64,000 nucleotides of DNA. Source: Planctomycetia bacterium (GTDB taxonomy: Bacteria > Planctomycetota > UBA8108 > SXIK01). The notes under the pieces are model-generated. The model saw only the letters and a list, made by a program, of their open reading frames with translations. It ran no database searches and had not been told where the DNA came from. Each line of letters starts with the position of its first letter. The first letter of the stretch is position 1. The stretch covers positions 1,532-65,531 of the forward strand of contig SXIK01000066.1 of assembly GCA_005772855.1 (NCBI GenBank), written 5' to 3'. A program made the position numbers and the translations under genes. Positions 40,201 through 48,296 of the stretch are shown here, in pieces.

Positions 40201-41419
40201 GGATAAATTTTGCTCCTTGCGCCTGTACGATCGCTCTGAACTCCTCGATCAGACGTCTTTTCTGTAACCCTTTCTCCCCACGCACCAGCACCAGTCGACC
40301 CGCCGGAACGGGGGTCACAGCGTCGACACGATCCAATGGCTCTGACTTGTCCACGGCATCGCTTTCGACTTCCTCCTCGGCGCCTATCACGCTGGATTTC
40401 AGGGAGGCCGCGGCAACGAAAATCTCGTAAAGCCTCGCCGACTCCGCCTCTCGTCCAGCAAGACGTGCAGCTTCAAGATAGCTATCAGAAGTCTCTGCCG
40501 TCTCGTACGGAAGCTTGAGCCCAAGAGCTCGGTTTATCGCCTCGATAACTTCAAGCGCGCTTTGAAAGCGATCCTGAGGCTTCTTCGCCATGAGCCTGAG
40601 AATGATGTTGCCAAACTCAAGGGGCAATGACGCCGACAGGGTATGTGGTGGTACGGCAGGCTGCTCAACGTGGCACTTGAGGATTTCAATATTCGAAGCG
40701 CCTCGGAATGGTGGGCTGCCGGTGCACAGGTGGTACAGCACCACGCCAAGTGAGTAGAGGTCCGTACGACGGTCGATCTGAGCGCCAAGGATCGTTTCAG
40801 GAGCAACATAGTAAGGAGTCCCCAGGATTTTCTTGCCGCCCGAGAGTCGCTCCTTTTTCACAAGACCAAAGTCGATGATCTTGACGAGCGGTTTTTCTCT
40901 TGATCCCGGTTGCAGTGAAACCTCTGTAGTCACCAGAATGTTTTCGGGCTTGATGTCCGAGTGTACGAGTCCACGCCCATGAATGTACTCAAGCCCACGC
41001 AAGACTTGGGCAGCAAGCTCAACGAAAGTCAGAAACCCCTCCTGTGACTTCATGTTGAGTTTTTGCGTGGCCTTCATCCAGCTTTGGCCGTTAACAAACT
41101 CGAACGTGAAGAAGAGATCTCCCGATTCGTAATCAATACCAAACTCGTACGCTGGCGTCAGGTTGGGATGTGGAAGCCCCGAAAGCGCCAGGAACTCATT
41201 CTTGAGGATATTAAGGGTACGCCGGTCTATCTTGTCCTTCCTGACTCGCTTCAGAGCTACAGGTTTTTCACCTTGAGAGAGGTCCAGGGCGAGATAGACA
41301 GCCCCCATTCCGCCCTGTCCGAGTAGGCGAATGGACCGATATCGGCCGTTCAGCAACTCCCCTGAATTCGGGTCACTTGCTACTTCTGGCCGGATAACTG
41401 GTGGGGTGGGCAAGCTCAT
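37232..41419 (-). CDS. Multidomain Ser/Thr protein kinase: N-terminal Hanks-type kinase, central STAND/AAA_16-like NTPase module, C-terminal TPR repeat array
   Basis: ORF 37232..41527, trimmed to MSLPTPPV. Kinase motifs GQGGMGAVYLA, VALKRV, HSDIKPEN, DFGL, YYVAPE. A P-loop-like GEKGLQKR (apparently degenerate Walker A) and hhhhD Walker B VVCFHDLH. At least 600 aa of TPR-like helical repeats at the C-terminus. Confidence 0.85.
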   Translation of the reverse strand: MSLPTPPVIRPEVASDPNSGELLNGRYRSIRLLGQGGMGAVYLALDLSQGEKPVALKRVRKDKIDRRTLNILKNEFLALSGLPHPNLTPAYEFGIDYESGDLFFTFEFVNGQSWMKATQKLNMKSQEGFLTFVELAAQVLRGLEYIHGRGLVHSDIKPENILVTTEVSLQPGSREKPLVKIIDFGLVKKERLSGGKKILGTPYYVAPETILGAQIDRRTDLYSLGVVLYHLCTGSPPFRGASNIEILKCHVEQPAVPPHTLSASLPLEFGNIILRLMAKKPQDRFQSALEVIEAINRALGLKLPYETAETSDSYLEAARLAGREAESARLYEIFVAAASLKSSVIGAEEEVESDAVDKSEPLDRVDAVTPVPAGRLVLVRGEKGLQKRRLIEEFRAIVQAQGAKFIQIECGAHSRAGQGFERIVADLGAIDELRGRVRSLTFVENAFGFVQRLQDLKDNPVQGYEPVLKEAVHALLKASQESPIVVCFHDLHLAGTPILHLLESLIRSSLGGSVARSKLLMTGTVLERAELGSSDFLRLCDTTFFRENVLEIELRRFDEQKVAEFVRTAFVGLECPEAFVQRVLEESDGNTEIVIDILRHLLHRGKIARVAQGWALGSDYESEDLPGKVRRELKYRITKLPEEVLQIGRAFACMGDVCELDVAVHLSGIPERNAVKCLEVLTLERILQGGGAENRAGAYSFVHSSARAILYNSIPEEQRSAYHEKAGVLCESRVASLGKDSSRILAHHYIRAGNKEKGIRYGIEAAKDLAREFAPIQAMETYERVLGLVGPDERSLRFQIERAIASLKFQVGDYSAALDLLDLTRLPPDLKRQEKVSVYLEAARAYARLGRFDQATALLNRSVRPDKGSESTAELAAIMMALAELHYYKGNLVESLRCCTRLLKSNCELKDPYFLSQLHMLIAENHSVLNSSENAIGHCQTALRLIEAQHDSKLLAWSLYCRGKYHLYQRHFHKALRQFQLCLLLRRKTSALDGQADCHREIGILYHLIGNQVEARASLEEAVSLYAKTGNLCHSVAALCTLAEVCRLLGEYDACHEVIEEALRRMGPLEKRRLTLQTLLTMAGVASDKGELQNAKRHLEEAERMSGAGRGSNAGMLGIFGLLSDLALYRGDLGMALNHVAEGVLAARDLRGHVAVARLTTQQGYLLCRLGRTGEARRAIVSLFEASRNHDLPSLGGWARLIEGMVLADEGKLDNAEKVFTEATEMLTTHGSARDLAHLYLEHGLLCLKRSQHEQAYLNFEEGLHLAEKLQLSYLRCRYLFATAALESVIPGGQPSRAERNLLFAENMAAQAPYPEILWQTRYQLGKLFLANKRFLEAEVRFKHASSGLNVILRTLQPTQAQAYRKTTGAKDIETMAEGCRFASVPVAQMIELSR

Positions 41420-41560
41420 GGAATCCTGCCCGTAGAATACGATGCGAAAGCCGGACGGGTAAGGCTGCCCTGGAGAAGAGGAACTTCCAAGGCGCCCTGG
41501 CGGCCAGGAAGCGGACAGGCCCGACAAGTGAGGCCATCCTCAAATGAAAGGCTCGGGCTA

Positions 41561-42709
41561 CTATTCAAGTCGCAGATCTGCGACTCGGAGGCCCCTTTGC
41601 ATTCGGCACAGTGTGGGGCAGGCCACTTTGACCGCTATGGGAATGATTTCCTGACCTAGCCGCCATGCCGCCTCCGGGGGTGGTGACTGGGTGGGGTGGA
41701 TCAAGAACACTTGCTCCTCGGCCAATTCCAGGAGACTGGCCTTTCCCGGGATCCAATTGGGTGACGCGCAGGCATATGCTGCCTCCAAACTCGACAGATA
41801 GGCTGCGATGTTCTCGTTTCCTTCAGCAGGCAGAGGAGCCTTCGCCATTCCGTAGCTGCCAAACGCTCCACTTCCGCTACTCCCGGAGCGCTGCAGAAGA
41901 ATCTCCGGAACGAGCGCCGACAAGAGGATGAATTCAGCAGTTCTGCTGGCCACCACTTCAAGATTGGCGGAGACCATGAATGCTTGATCAAAGGCCCTCG
42001 AGTTTTCGATCTCCTGAATTGCGCCGCGGAAGCTGCCCCACGCCTTCGGAAAGGGTCGTGTCAGAAGGTGCAGCACTGTTCGCCCTCTTGAGCCTCGCCC
42101 GAAAAATTCCCGGAGGTCGAGTAGCAAGTCTGGCAATACAGTCACCCAGGGATCTTCTATCCCAATAACAACATGGGCCGTAACCCTGGACTCATGAGAC
42201 TTCGCGAGGTGCTCTGCCAGAAGAGGTAGTGGGCTATTGGTGCCTGCGGTTGCTCTATACAACGCACGTAGATACTCTCCATATCTTGGATTGAAAGTGA
42301 CTTCTGTCTCGCTGTTCGATTCAAAAATCACAGGAATCACCTCCGGGGCCAAGTCTCTGCCGCGGGACGTCTCCAGGTCAAGATAGAAGAGTTGCGGGAA
42401 GGCGCCTGGCTTTCGCTGTTGGGCCAACGCCGCAAGGGTGGCTCGTCCCATTTCGCCAATCGCGATCACTGCCGTCTGAGCATCTGGACCTCCGAGTATG
42501 TCGGCAGCTTCTATCACCCTCCCAAGAGGTAGAGACAGGAGTTGGCCATCGAGCGCGCCTGCGTGAAGGAGCATGGAGCTTGCACCGAGGAGGTCTTTCA
42601 AACTCTCCAGGTCGACAGGTTCCGAAAGCGCCTCTTCGATCAGGCCCCGCAGCTGGCTGAACGCACCGGGTTCACCCAAGCGCAGAGCCACATCTTCCGT
42701 CCAGCTCAT
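41561..42709 (-). CDS. Hypothetical protein, 382 aa
   Basis: The long ORF is on the cluster strand and its stop is 142 nt upstream of the kinase start. Codon usage matches its neighbours; no motif recognised. Confidence 0.55.
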   Translation of the reverse strand: MSWTEDVALRLGEPGAFSQLRGLIEEALSEPVDLESLKDLLGASSMLLHAGALDGQLLSLPLGRVIEAADILGGPDAQTAVIAIGEMGRATLAALAQQRKPGAFPQLFYLDLETSRGRDLAPEVIPVIFESNSETEVTFNPRYGEYLRALYRATAGTNSPLPLLAEHLAKSHESRVTAHVVIGIEDPWVTVLPDLLLDLREFFGRGSRGRTVLHLLTRPFPKAWGSFRGAIQEIENSRAFDQAFMVSANLEVVASRTAEFILLSALVPEILLQRSGSSGSGAFGSYGMAKAPLPAEGNENIAAYLSSLEAAYACASPNWIPGKASLLELAEEQVFLIHPTQSPPPEAAWRLGQEIIPIAVKVACPTLCRMQRGLRVADLRLE

Positions 42710-43326
42710 GGCGCAGACCCCGGGTTGTCATTCCTTTGTCCGCCCCTTGCCCGCTGTCGTGGCCTGGACCCAAGAAGAACGGAAAGCTGCTCGAGGCCTT
42801 GCTTCGCAACGTGCAGCAAGTCACGCCGTACAAGATCGAGCGCAATCTTGATCCGCTCGGCACGTCGGTCAAGGAGGAGAAGTCGCGAACGAAACTTGAA
42901 CCCCACGTGCGCGCCAACTGGGTACTCCGCAAAAGACCTCTCCAGGGTCTTTTCCTCGCCAACGAACGCCTCTATCTCCGGGAGCATTCTTTCCCAGCGG
43001 GACCCAAGTGCTTCGAAGCCATGGGGCACTTCCTCATACTCGACTCCCTTGCCTGAAATAACACTGCTCCCACTCAACAAGGGTGCAAGAAAGAATCGAG
43101 AGATCCTTGCCCAGGCGTCGCACACTCGTTGCCCGCTTCGAGCCTCATCGAGAATTCCAAGGCTGCGAGATGCCTCTCGGAACGCTTCCACCGCTCTGGA
43201 CAGGCTTTCGAGGCGCCGCTCAGCATCCAGCAACCCACCGATGGCAGACACGAGTTCCTCGGGCTTTGCACCGGGAGAATCCACGGTCGAAAGAGACTCT
43301 CTGATAAATCCTGGCAGGCGGCTCAT
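42706..43326 (-). CDS. Hypothetical protein, 206 aa
   Basis: Stop overlaps the start of the downstream 382-aa gene by 4 nt (translational coupling). Largely helical-looking; no motif recognised. Confidence 0.5.
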   Translation of the reverse strand: MSRLPGFIRESLSTVDSPGAKPEELVSAIGGLLDAERRLESLSRAVEAFREASRSLGILDEARSGQRVCDAWARISRFFLAPLLSGSSVISGKGVEYEEVPHGFEALGSRWERMLPEIEAFVGEEKTLERSFAEYPVGAHVGFKFRSRLLLLDRRAERIKIALDLVRRDLLHVAKQGLEQLSVLLGSRPRQRARGGQRNDNPGSAP

Positions 43327-43380
43327 TCGATCAAGACCTCAGGCAAGGTTTCCTTCCCATCTCTTTCCACAGAGGCTGAT

Positions 43381-45477
43381 TCACGTCCTTGCCAACTCGG
43401 CGCTCCGTATGCCGCCAAGAACACGAATGAAGACTGCCTCATCGTTCACTGAATGACGAAGGTCGTTCTCTCGCGAGTATTTCAAGAAATCAGCTCCAAA
43501 GCACCGCAAGAGCTCATCTCGGTCACCAGGGCGCGCCCAGAGCGGGGCCGAGGCCTCGCTCAACCGTTCCAGGAGATCTTCAGGATGGTCGTCAAAGATC
43601 TCCAAGACCTTGTCCACGTCGAGCATCTGGGCCTTCTCTCTTCCCCAGGCAGCCGCGCTTTCCTCAGCCATTTCCGTTGGCGTCAAGGCGCCAGGCAAGG
43701 GAGAAATCCGATTCAGAAGCCCCGGCACGAGCGCCTCTACCGCGGAGCGTCCACCCATCCAATCGTAAATCTTGCGCGAGCCGTCCGCCGGAAAAACGTC
43801 ACCGGAGAAGCCGCGTCCAGCTTCCCAGCTTTCGACTTCAGCAAGCTGAAGTCTCCAGCTTTCCACTGACTCGCGCAGTGAATTAACACAGCGGTCCAGG
43901 AAGACAAGCCCGGATTCTTCTTCCTTTGCAGTCTCCAAATCCGCGGCGAGACTCGCCTTCAAGGAGTCAAGACGCTCCTTCTCCTCAGGCTCCACCTGAT
44001 TCCTGAGCTCCCCCCAGAGCTGAATCGAGATGCCCGAGGTAATTCGGCGCATCTTCTCACGACGGCTGTAGTGCTCCAGCGCACGCGGGACTGGAAAACC
44101 AGCTGTGAAACTGCCTTCAGGAAATTCACCCAGCGTAAACGTCTCCCTGGACCATCGCAGTCGTATGAACCAACCCAGGGCGAATCCAAGGAGAGCCCCG
44201 ATGCCGAACCCGCTGAGATATCCGGCCAGATTCAGCCCGCTCAAAAGAAATCCCAGAAACGACCCTGCCAGAGCACCACCCAGGATGGTGGGAAGGAAAG
44301 GCATGTACACCGGGAGAAGCACCGAGACTCGTGCGATCCAGCTGTCGCGCATCGGCGTCTCGAGCGAAAGGGCCTCGTTTTCTTGACGTATGTTCTCGAT
44401 GCGCTGAGCAGCCTCTCCAAGACGCTCGAAAAGCGCCAACTGCACCCGATCGAGCGCAGTCGCCCACCCGCCAAGGCTCGGAGTCCGAGCTACATCCAAG
44501 GAACTGATCCATTCCACGATATGGTTTTCGATTCTCTTCTGACCGTCAGTTTCCAATGACGCCTTCATCTGAAGCAGCAAGTCAAGGAAGGCGCCACAAT
44601 CAGTACCATCAGGAGCCACGGGCTTTGCCGTGAACGTTCGCGAAAGCGCTCGCTTCAAGTCTCTTTTCAGGAGCCTGCTCAGCTCGTCAGCCAGCGCGTC
44701 CTTGCTGAATCTAAAACGCGACAGCCCCATTGAGCTGAGCCCGACGATGCCTTCCTCCTCTGAACCTCGCCCATGCAAGTCAGCCACCTGGGGAAATGTT
44801 CGCCAAATATCGGCGGAGGCCTCGCTCGCACTTCCCAGAGCGAGGAAGTCAGACAAGAGCTCGGTGAGGTCTTCCCATCGCTCCAGTGGGTGTCCATTTC
44901 GATTGACACGATCGAGGATAATCGAGGGGAAAAGCACGCCTCTTTGCACAAGCCCTTCGAGCCTTCGTAGCCCCTTGAGAGCCTGATCGCGCTCCATGTC
45001 TTCGTCCGTCGACGGCAAGTGAAACAGTGGGAAGATTCCTCTCGCGCGCCCTGCCGCCGGTGGCGCCTCGTTTCGATTATGGATCTTCTCCGCAATCGCG
45101 AAAACGATCTCCCACCCCAGGGTATCGGACAGGCATTCGACCAGATAAATGTCCGGTCCTCCTCTTACTACCTGGAAGCATGTGTCAACCTCGGCCGGAC
45201 GCCGTAGGGCATCGGTACGCACCCGGATATTTCCGATCGCCGCCGATGCATAGGTAAGAGTCTGCCAAAGCTGATTCTGAAGATTCCCTTCGAATGAGGG
45301 GAGCTTGGAGCGCTTTGAGCCCAGCTTCAAATCAATGGACTCTTCGGTGACGGAGAGAAAGGAGAAAACATCTGGAACGACACCCAATCGCCTCCGAATC
45401 GCCACGGGAACCGAGGCGTAAAGATCCGGCGCCAGCTTCCCAAAAAAGCAAAAAATGCTCGGACGGACGGCAATCAC
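43381..45477 (-). CDS. 698-aa hypothetical protein with a central cluster of transmembrane helices
   Basis: Start lies 3 nt after the tubulin-like gene stop. Central hydrophobic segment ARVSVLLPVYMPFLPTILGGALAGSFLGFLLSGLNLAGYLSGFGIGALLGFALGWFIRL, flanked by large soluble, charged, coiled-coil-like regions. Confidence 0.6.
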   Translation of the reverse strand: MIAVRPSIFCFFGKLAPDLYASVPVAIRRRLGVVPDVFSFLSVTEESIDLKLGSKRSKLPSFEGNLQNQLWQTLTYASAAIGNIRVRTDALRRPAEVDTCFQVVRGGPDIYLVECLSDTLGWEIVFAIAEKIHNRNEAPPAAGRARGIFPLFHLPSTDEDMERDQALKGLRRLEGLVQRGVLFPSIILDRVNRNGHPLERWEDLTELLSDFLALGSASEASADIWRTFPQVADLHGRGSEEEGIVGLSSMGLSRFRFSKDALADELSRLLKRDLKRALSRTFTAKPVAPDGTDCGAFLDLLLQMKASLETDGQKRIENHIVEWISSLDVARTPSLGGWATALDRVQLALFERLGEAAQRIENIRQENEALSLETPMRDSWIARVSVLLPVYMPFLPTILGGALAGSFLGFLLSGLNLAGYLSGFGIGALLGFALGWFIRLRWSRETFTLGEFPEGSFTAGFPVPRALEHYSRREKMRRITSGISIQLWGELRNQVEPEEKERLDSLKASLAADLETAKEEESGLVFLDRCVNSLRESVESWRLQLAEVESWEAGRGFSGDVFPADGSRKIYDWMGGRSAVEALVPGLLNRISPLPGALTPTEMAEESAAAWGREKAQMLDVDKVLEIFDDHPEDLLERLSEASAPLWARPGDRDELLRCFGADFLKYSRENDLRHSVNDEAVFIRVLGGIRSAELART

Positions 45478-45480
45478 AAA

Positions 45481-48210
45481 CTACTCCGCCTCCGATTCAC
45501 GCACAGAATCCGTGGAATCGGCCAGGCCCCACTTGCCCAGACGCAAGAAGCGGTCGAGCCCGGACGCCTCGTTCCAGGCCACCTTCGCGTCTTCGCCACC
45601 CAACGAATCCACGTTGCTCTCGTCCTCGCGACAGGCTCCGGCAAGACGGAATGCTTCCTTGGCCCACAGCTCAAGGACACCTGGGATCTCCCGGTTTCGA
45701 TGCCGTTTTCGCAGCTCGAGGAGAACTCTGTCCCGCACGATCCTTGGGTTCGACTGGTAGACTCTCCTGAAAGCCTTGTACGCTCCAGCGCGCCCCTTCA
45801 AATTGGGCTCCTCCGGCGTCACCAGGCCGCGCAACGCGAACTGCGCATCGTCTGTGGAGACGACAAAACCAAGCCGCACCGCCAGACCAAACAGCTCGTA
45901 GACTTCGGCATCGAGGCCGGGATAGGGATTCGCTATCATCCAATCCGAGGAAAGCCATTCGTCGTTTGCACGCCGCCGCTGGTTCGAAAATGCGTACCGC
46001 ACAAAGTCTTCGTGATAGTCTTTCAGCCAGCGGATGTGATGCAACGGGGCACCATGATCCACCTTGAGCAGCGTCACCTGTCCGTAGCCATCGGTGCTGC
46101 ATCGGTCGCTCTCGGGCTCGATGACAGGCTCGATCTCGCTCGATCGGGGGCAACCGATCCTGCGGATACGTTCAACTTGATCCTGTTCACCCTCGATGCT
46201 CCAGTTGACTTGCACCTGGCTTTCCATCTCCGAAAGGCGCTCCCGAATGACGGAGACAGGCATGAGACTGCCCTGTTGACCAAAGTAGGAGCTACACTCC
46301 TCCTGGAACTCCTCGCGGACTTGGTTGGAAACAGCCAGGCAGGTCTCGACAAGCTTTGTTGTTGGAGGGCCCAGATAGAGTGCCGTGGCGAAACGCTTGA
46401 GCCCGCGAATCATCGACTCGGCGACCTCCGCAGGGACGTCGCTCATGCGGTAAAAGCTTCCGCCATGGCGGGAGTGAGGCGTATCACCATTCACCGAGGC
46501 ACGCAGGTTGAGGCGAGTCACGAAGTCCTTCTTGATTCGAAGAGTCTCTTGCCTCTCTAGGCGTTCCTGAAGGTCCCGCACGAAGTTCTGAATCTCTTGG
46601 CGCTCAAGCTTCAAGTGGTGCTCTCGAAGCACAACCTGATCACATCGCCTCCACACTTCAACACGCTGCACACTTTCGGCGTCGTCACGCTGCTGCTTGC
46701 GGATCTCCTCAAAAAACTGCACTTCACCTTCGAGAATCTTGGCCTCCTCCGGATCGATCAACCGAAGGTCGCGAAGCTCCTGCAAGCTCTTCGTGAGGTG
46801 AATCAAGAACGTGCGGAGGAAGGTGGGCTCGACCCCCTGCCGGTTGAAATACTTCGTGAGCTGAGACAAGTTGTTGTCCCATTCCTCGCGGAGCGCAAGC
46901 TCAATGGAGCTTCGCCACGGGTCATGAGTTTCACGACGGATTCGATTGAGGGTCTCTTGATGCTGGTTGATATCGCGGTTGATTTCCGGCAGCTCGACCA
47001 TCCCTTTTCTGCCCATGACCGAGTGGAAGGATGCCAGATCCACAAGCGCGCTCTGCACGTGTCGGTTGGCTTCCTCCTCCAGCCGCTCCAGCACCCCCTG
47101 GCGAAAATCTACGATGAGTGGGTTGGATTCGTCTGTTTCGAGGACTGGAGAGCCTTGCAGGAATTCGGCGATCTTGTGGTTGAAGTAGTCCTTCAGCGCG
47201 CCCCGTGACAGGTCTCGATAGCCTGCTCCGAAGGAGCAGTAGACCGTGGGTTCTCCGTATTGGTCTTTCTGGGAGAGGCAGCTCTCCCAGAGGTTAATCG
47301 CGGCAGCACGATAGCTCTCTCCTTCCTTTCCCAGCGCGCTCAACCCTATGAATCTGCCGATCTCGCGACAGAGATCTTCTCTCACTTGCAAGCTACCGTC
47401 GGGCCGGCCCGCGTTGAGCAGATAGAGGAAGTTGAAAGGGATCATCGGGATGACCTGCTTCTCATCTCGATACTGCGCTTGCCAGCAGCCTTCCTTGAAA
47501 AAATGGTTGATCTCGGAGAGGACTGCAAAGGCATTTCTGCGAAAGTTGAGCTGCCGTGACTCGGAGAGGGCGAATGCCTCGGGCAGGAGCATGTATCCTG
47601 TAACGACAGGGTCCTTGCCCGTGATGCGCTCGGCCCAATCACGGATGTCGTAGACTGCAGGTAGCAGCATTCCGCCGCCAGTACCCCCGGCGCAAGAGGA
47701 GACGACGTGAATCTGAATCCCACTCCTCAGACGTGGGCGAATGAGGCTCTTGTAGTAGTGGAACTCGCGATCTTCAACTTGAGGAGAGCTCAGGCGCCGG
47801 ATCTTGTCCGAAAGGCGACCGTAGACGAGCCTCCCGTCCCGCCGGATGGCGTAGCAAAGGCGCCCAACGTGGCGGATGCCTCCAGCTCCAAGCGTCAACT
47901 CGCCTGGAAGATAGCGGCTCCTGGGGAACCAGGAAATCTCCGGGTACTCCTCCCGATGCGCGAGCACACTCTGCAAGTTGAATCCTCCCAGATCCGAGAA
48001 TTCATCCGCATTGAGGGCGGCCATGTCAGGGCCATTTGCAATCGACATCTGCTCCGTGGTGTCGAGCACCAGGAGCTCGACAAAAGGAATATCAGAAAAG
48101 TCGGGCGTGCTCAACTCACGCTGAAGCAAGGCCTTGACGTGTTTGGCCACGAGCTGACCTGTGCCGCCAAGCCCAAGGATGAGTGTCAGTGGAACCCGCC
48201 GTTCCTCCAT
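45481..48210 (-). CDS. Divergent FtsZ/tubulin-superfamily GTPase, 909 aa, with a long C-terminal charged/coiled-coil extension
   Basis: N-terminal roughly 300 aa carry the superfamily loops in order and plausible spacing: T1 LILGLGGTGQLV; T3 LTLGAGGIRHVG; T4 signature VVSSCAGGTGGGMLLP (compare GGGTG[ST]G). A possible T2 acidic loop is LVLDTTEQM. The rest is rich in Glu/Arg/Gln heptad-like sequence. Confidence 0.7.
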   Translation of the reverse strand: MEERRVPLTLILGLGGTGQLVAKHVKALLQRELSTPDFSDIPFVELLVLDTTEQMSIANGPDMAALNADEFSDLGGFNLQSVLAHREEYPEISWFPRSRYLPGELTLGAGGIRHVGRLCYAIRRDGRLVYGRLSDKIRRLSSPQVEDREFHYYKSLIRPRLRSGIQIHVVSSCAGGTGGGMLLPAVYDIRDWAERITGKDPVVTGYMLLPEAFALSESRQLNFRRNAFAVLSEINHFFKEGCWQAQYRDEKQVIPMIPFNFLYLLNAGRPDGSLQVREDLCREIGRFIGLSALGKEGESYRAAAINLWESCLSQKDQYGEPTVYCSFGAGYRDLSRGALKDYFNHKIAEFLQGSPVLETDESNPLIVDFRQGVLERLEEEANRHVQSALVDLASFHSVMGRKGMVELPEINRDINQHQETLNRIRRETHDPWRSSIELALREEWDNNLSQLTKYFNRQGVEPTFLRTFLIHLTKSLQELRDLRLIDPEEAKILEGEVQFFEEIRKQQRDDAESVQRVEVWRRCDQVVLREHHLKLERQEIQNFVRDLQERLERQETLRIKKDFVTRLNLRASVNGDTPHSRHGGSFYRMSDVPAEVAESMIRGLKRFATALYLGPPTTKLVETCLAVSNQVREEFQEECSSYFGQQGSLMPVSVIRERLSEMESQVQVNWSIEGEQDQVERIRRIGCPRSSEIEPVIEPESDRCSTDGYGQVTLLKVDHGAPLHHIRWLKDYHEDFVRYAFSNQRRRANDEWLSSDWMIANPYPGLDAEVYELFGLAVRLGFVVSTDDAQFALRGLVTPEEPNLKGRAGAYKAFRRVYQSNPRIVRDRVLLELRKRHRNREIPGVLELWAKEAFRLAGACREDESNVDSLGGEDAKVAWNEASGLDRFLRLGKWGLADSTDSVRESEAE

Positions 48211-48296
48211 GGAATCTCCTCAAGATACCGAACAACTTCGAGACTTGGCGCGCAGGTTATCTCTCGAGTCGCATGAGCGCCGGAATTGAGTCATGA

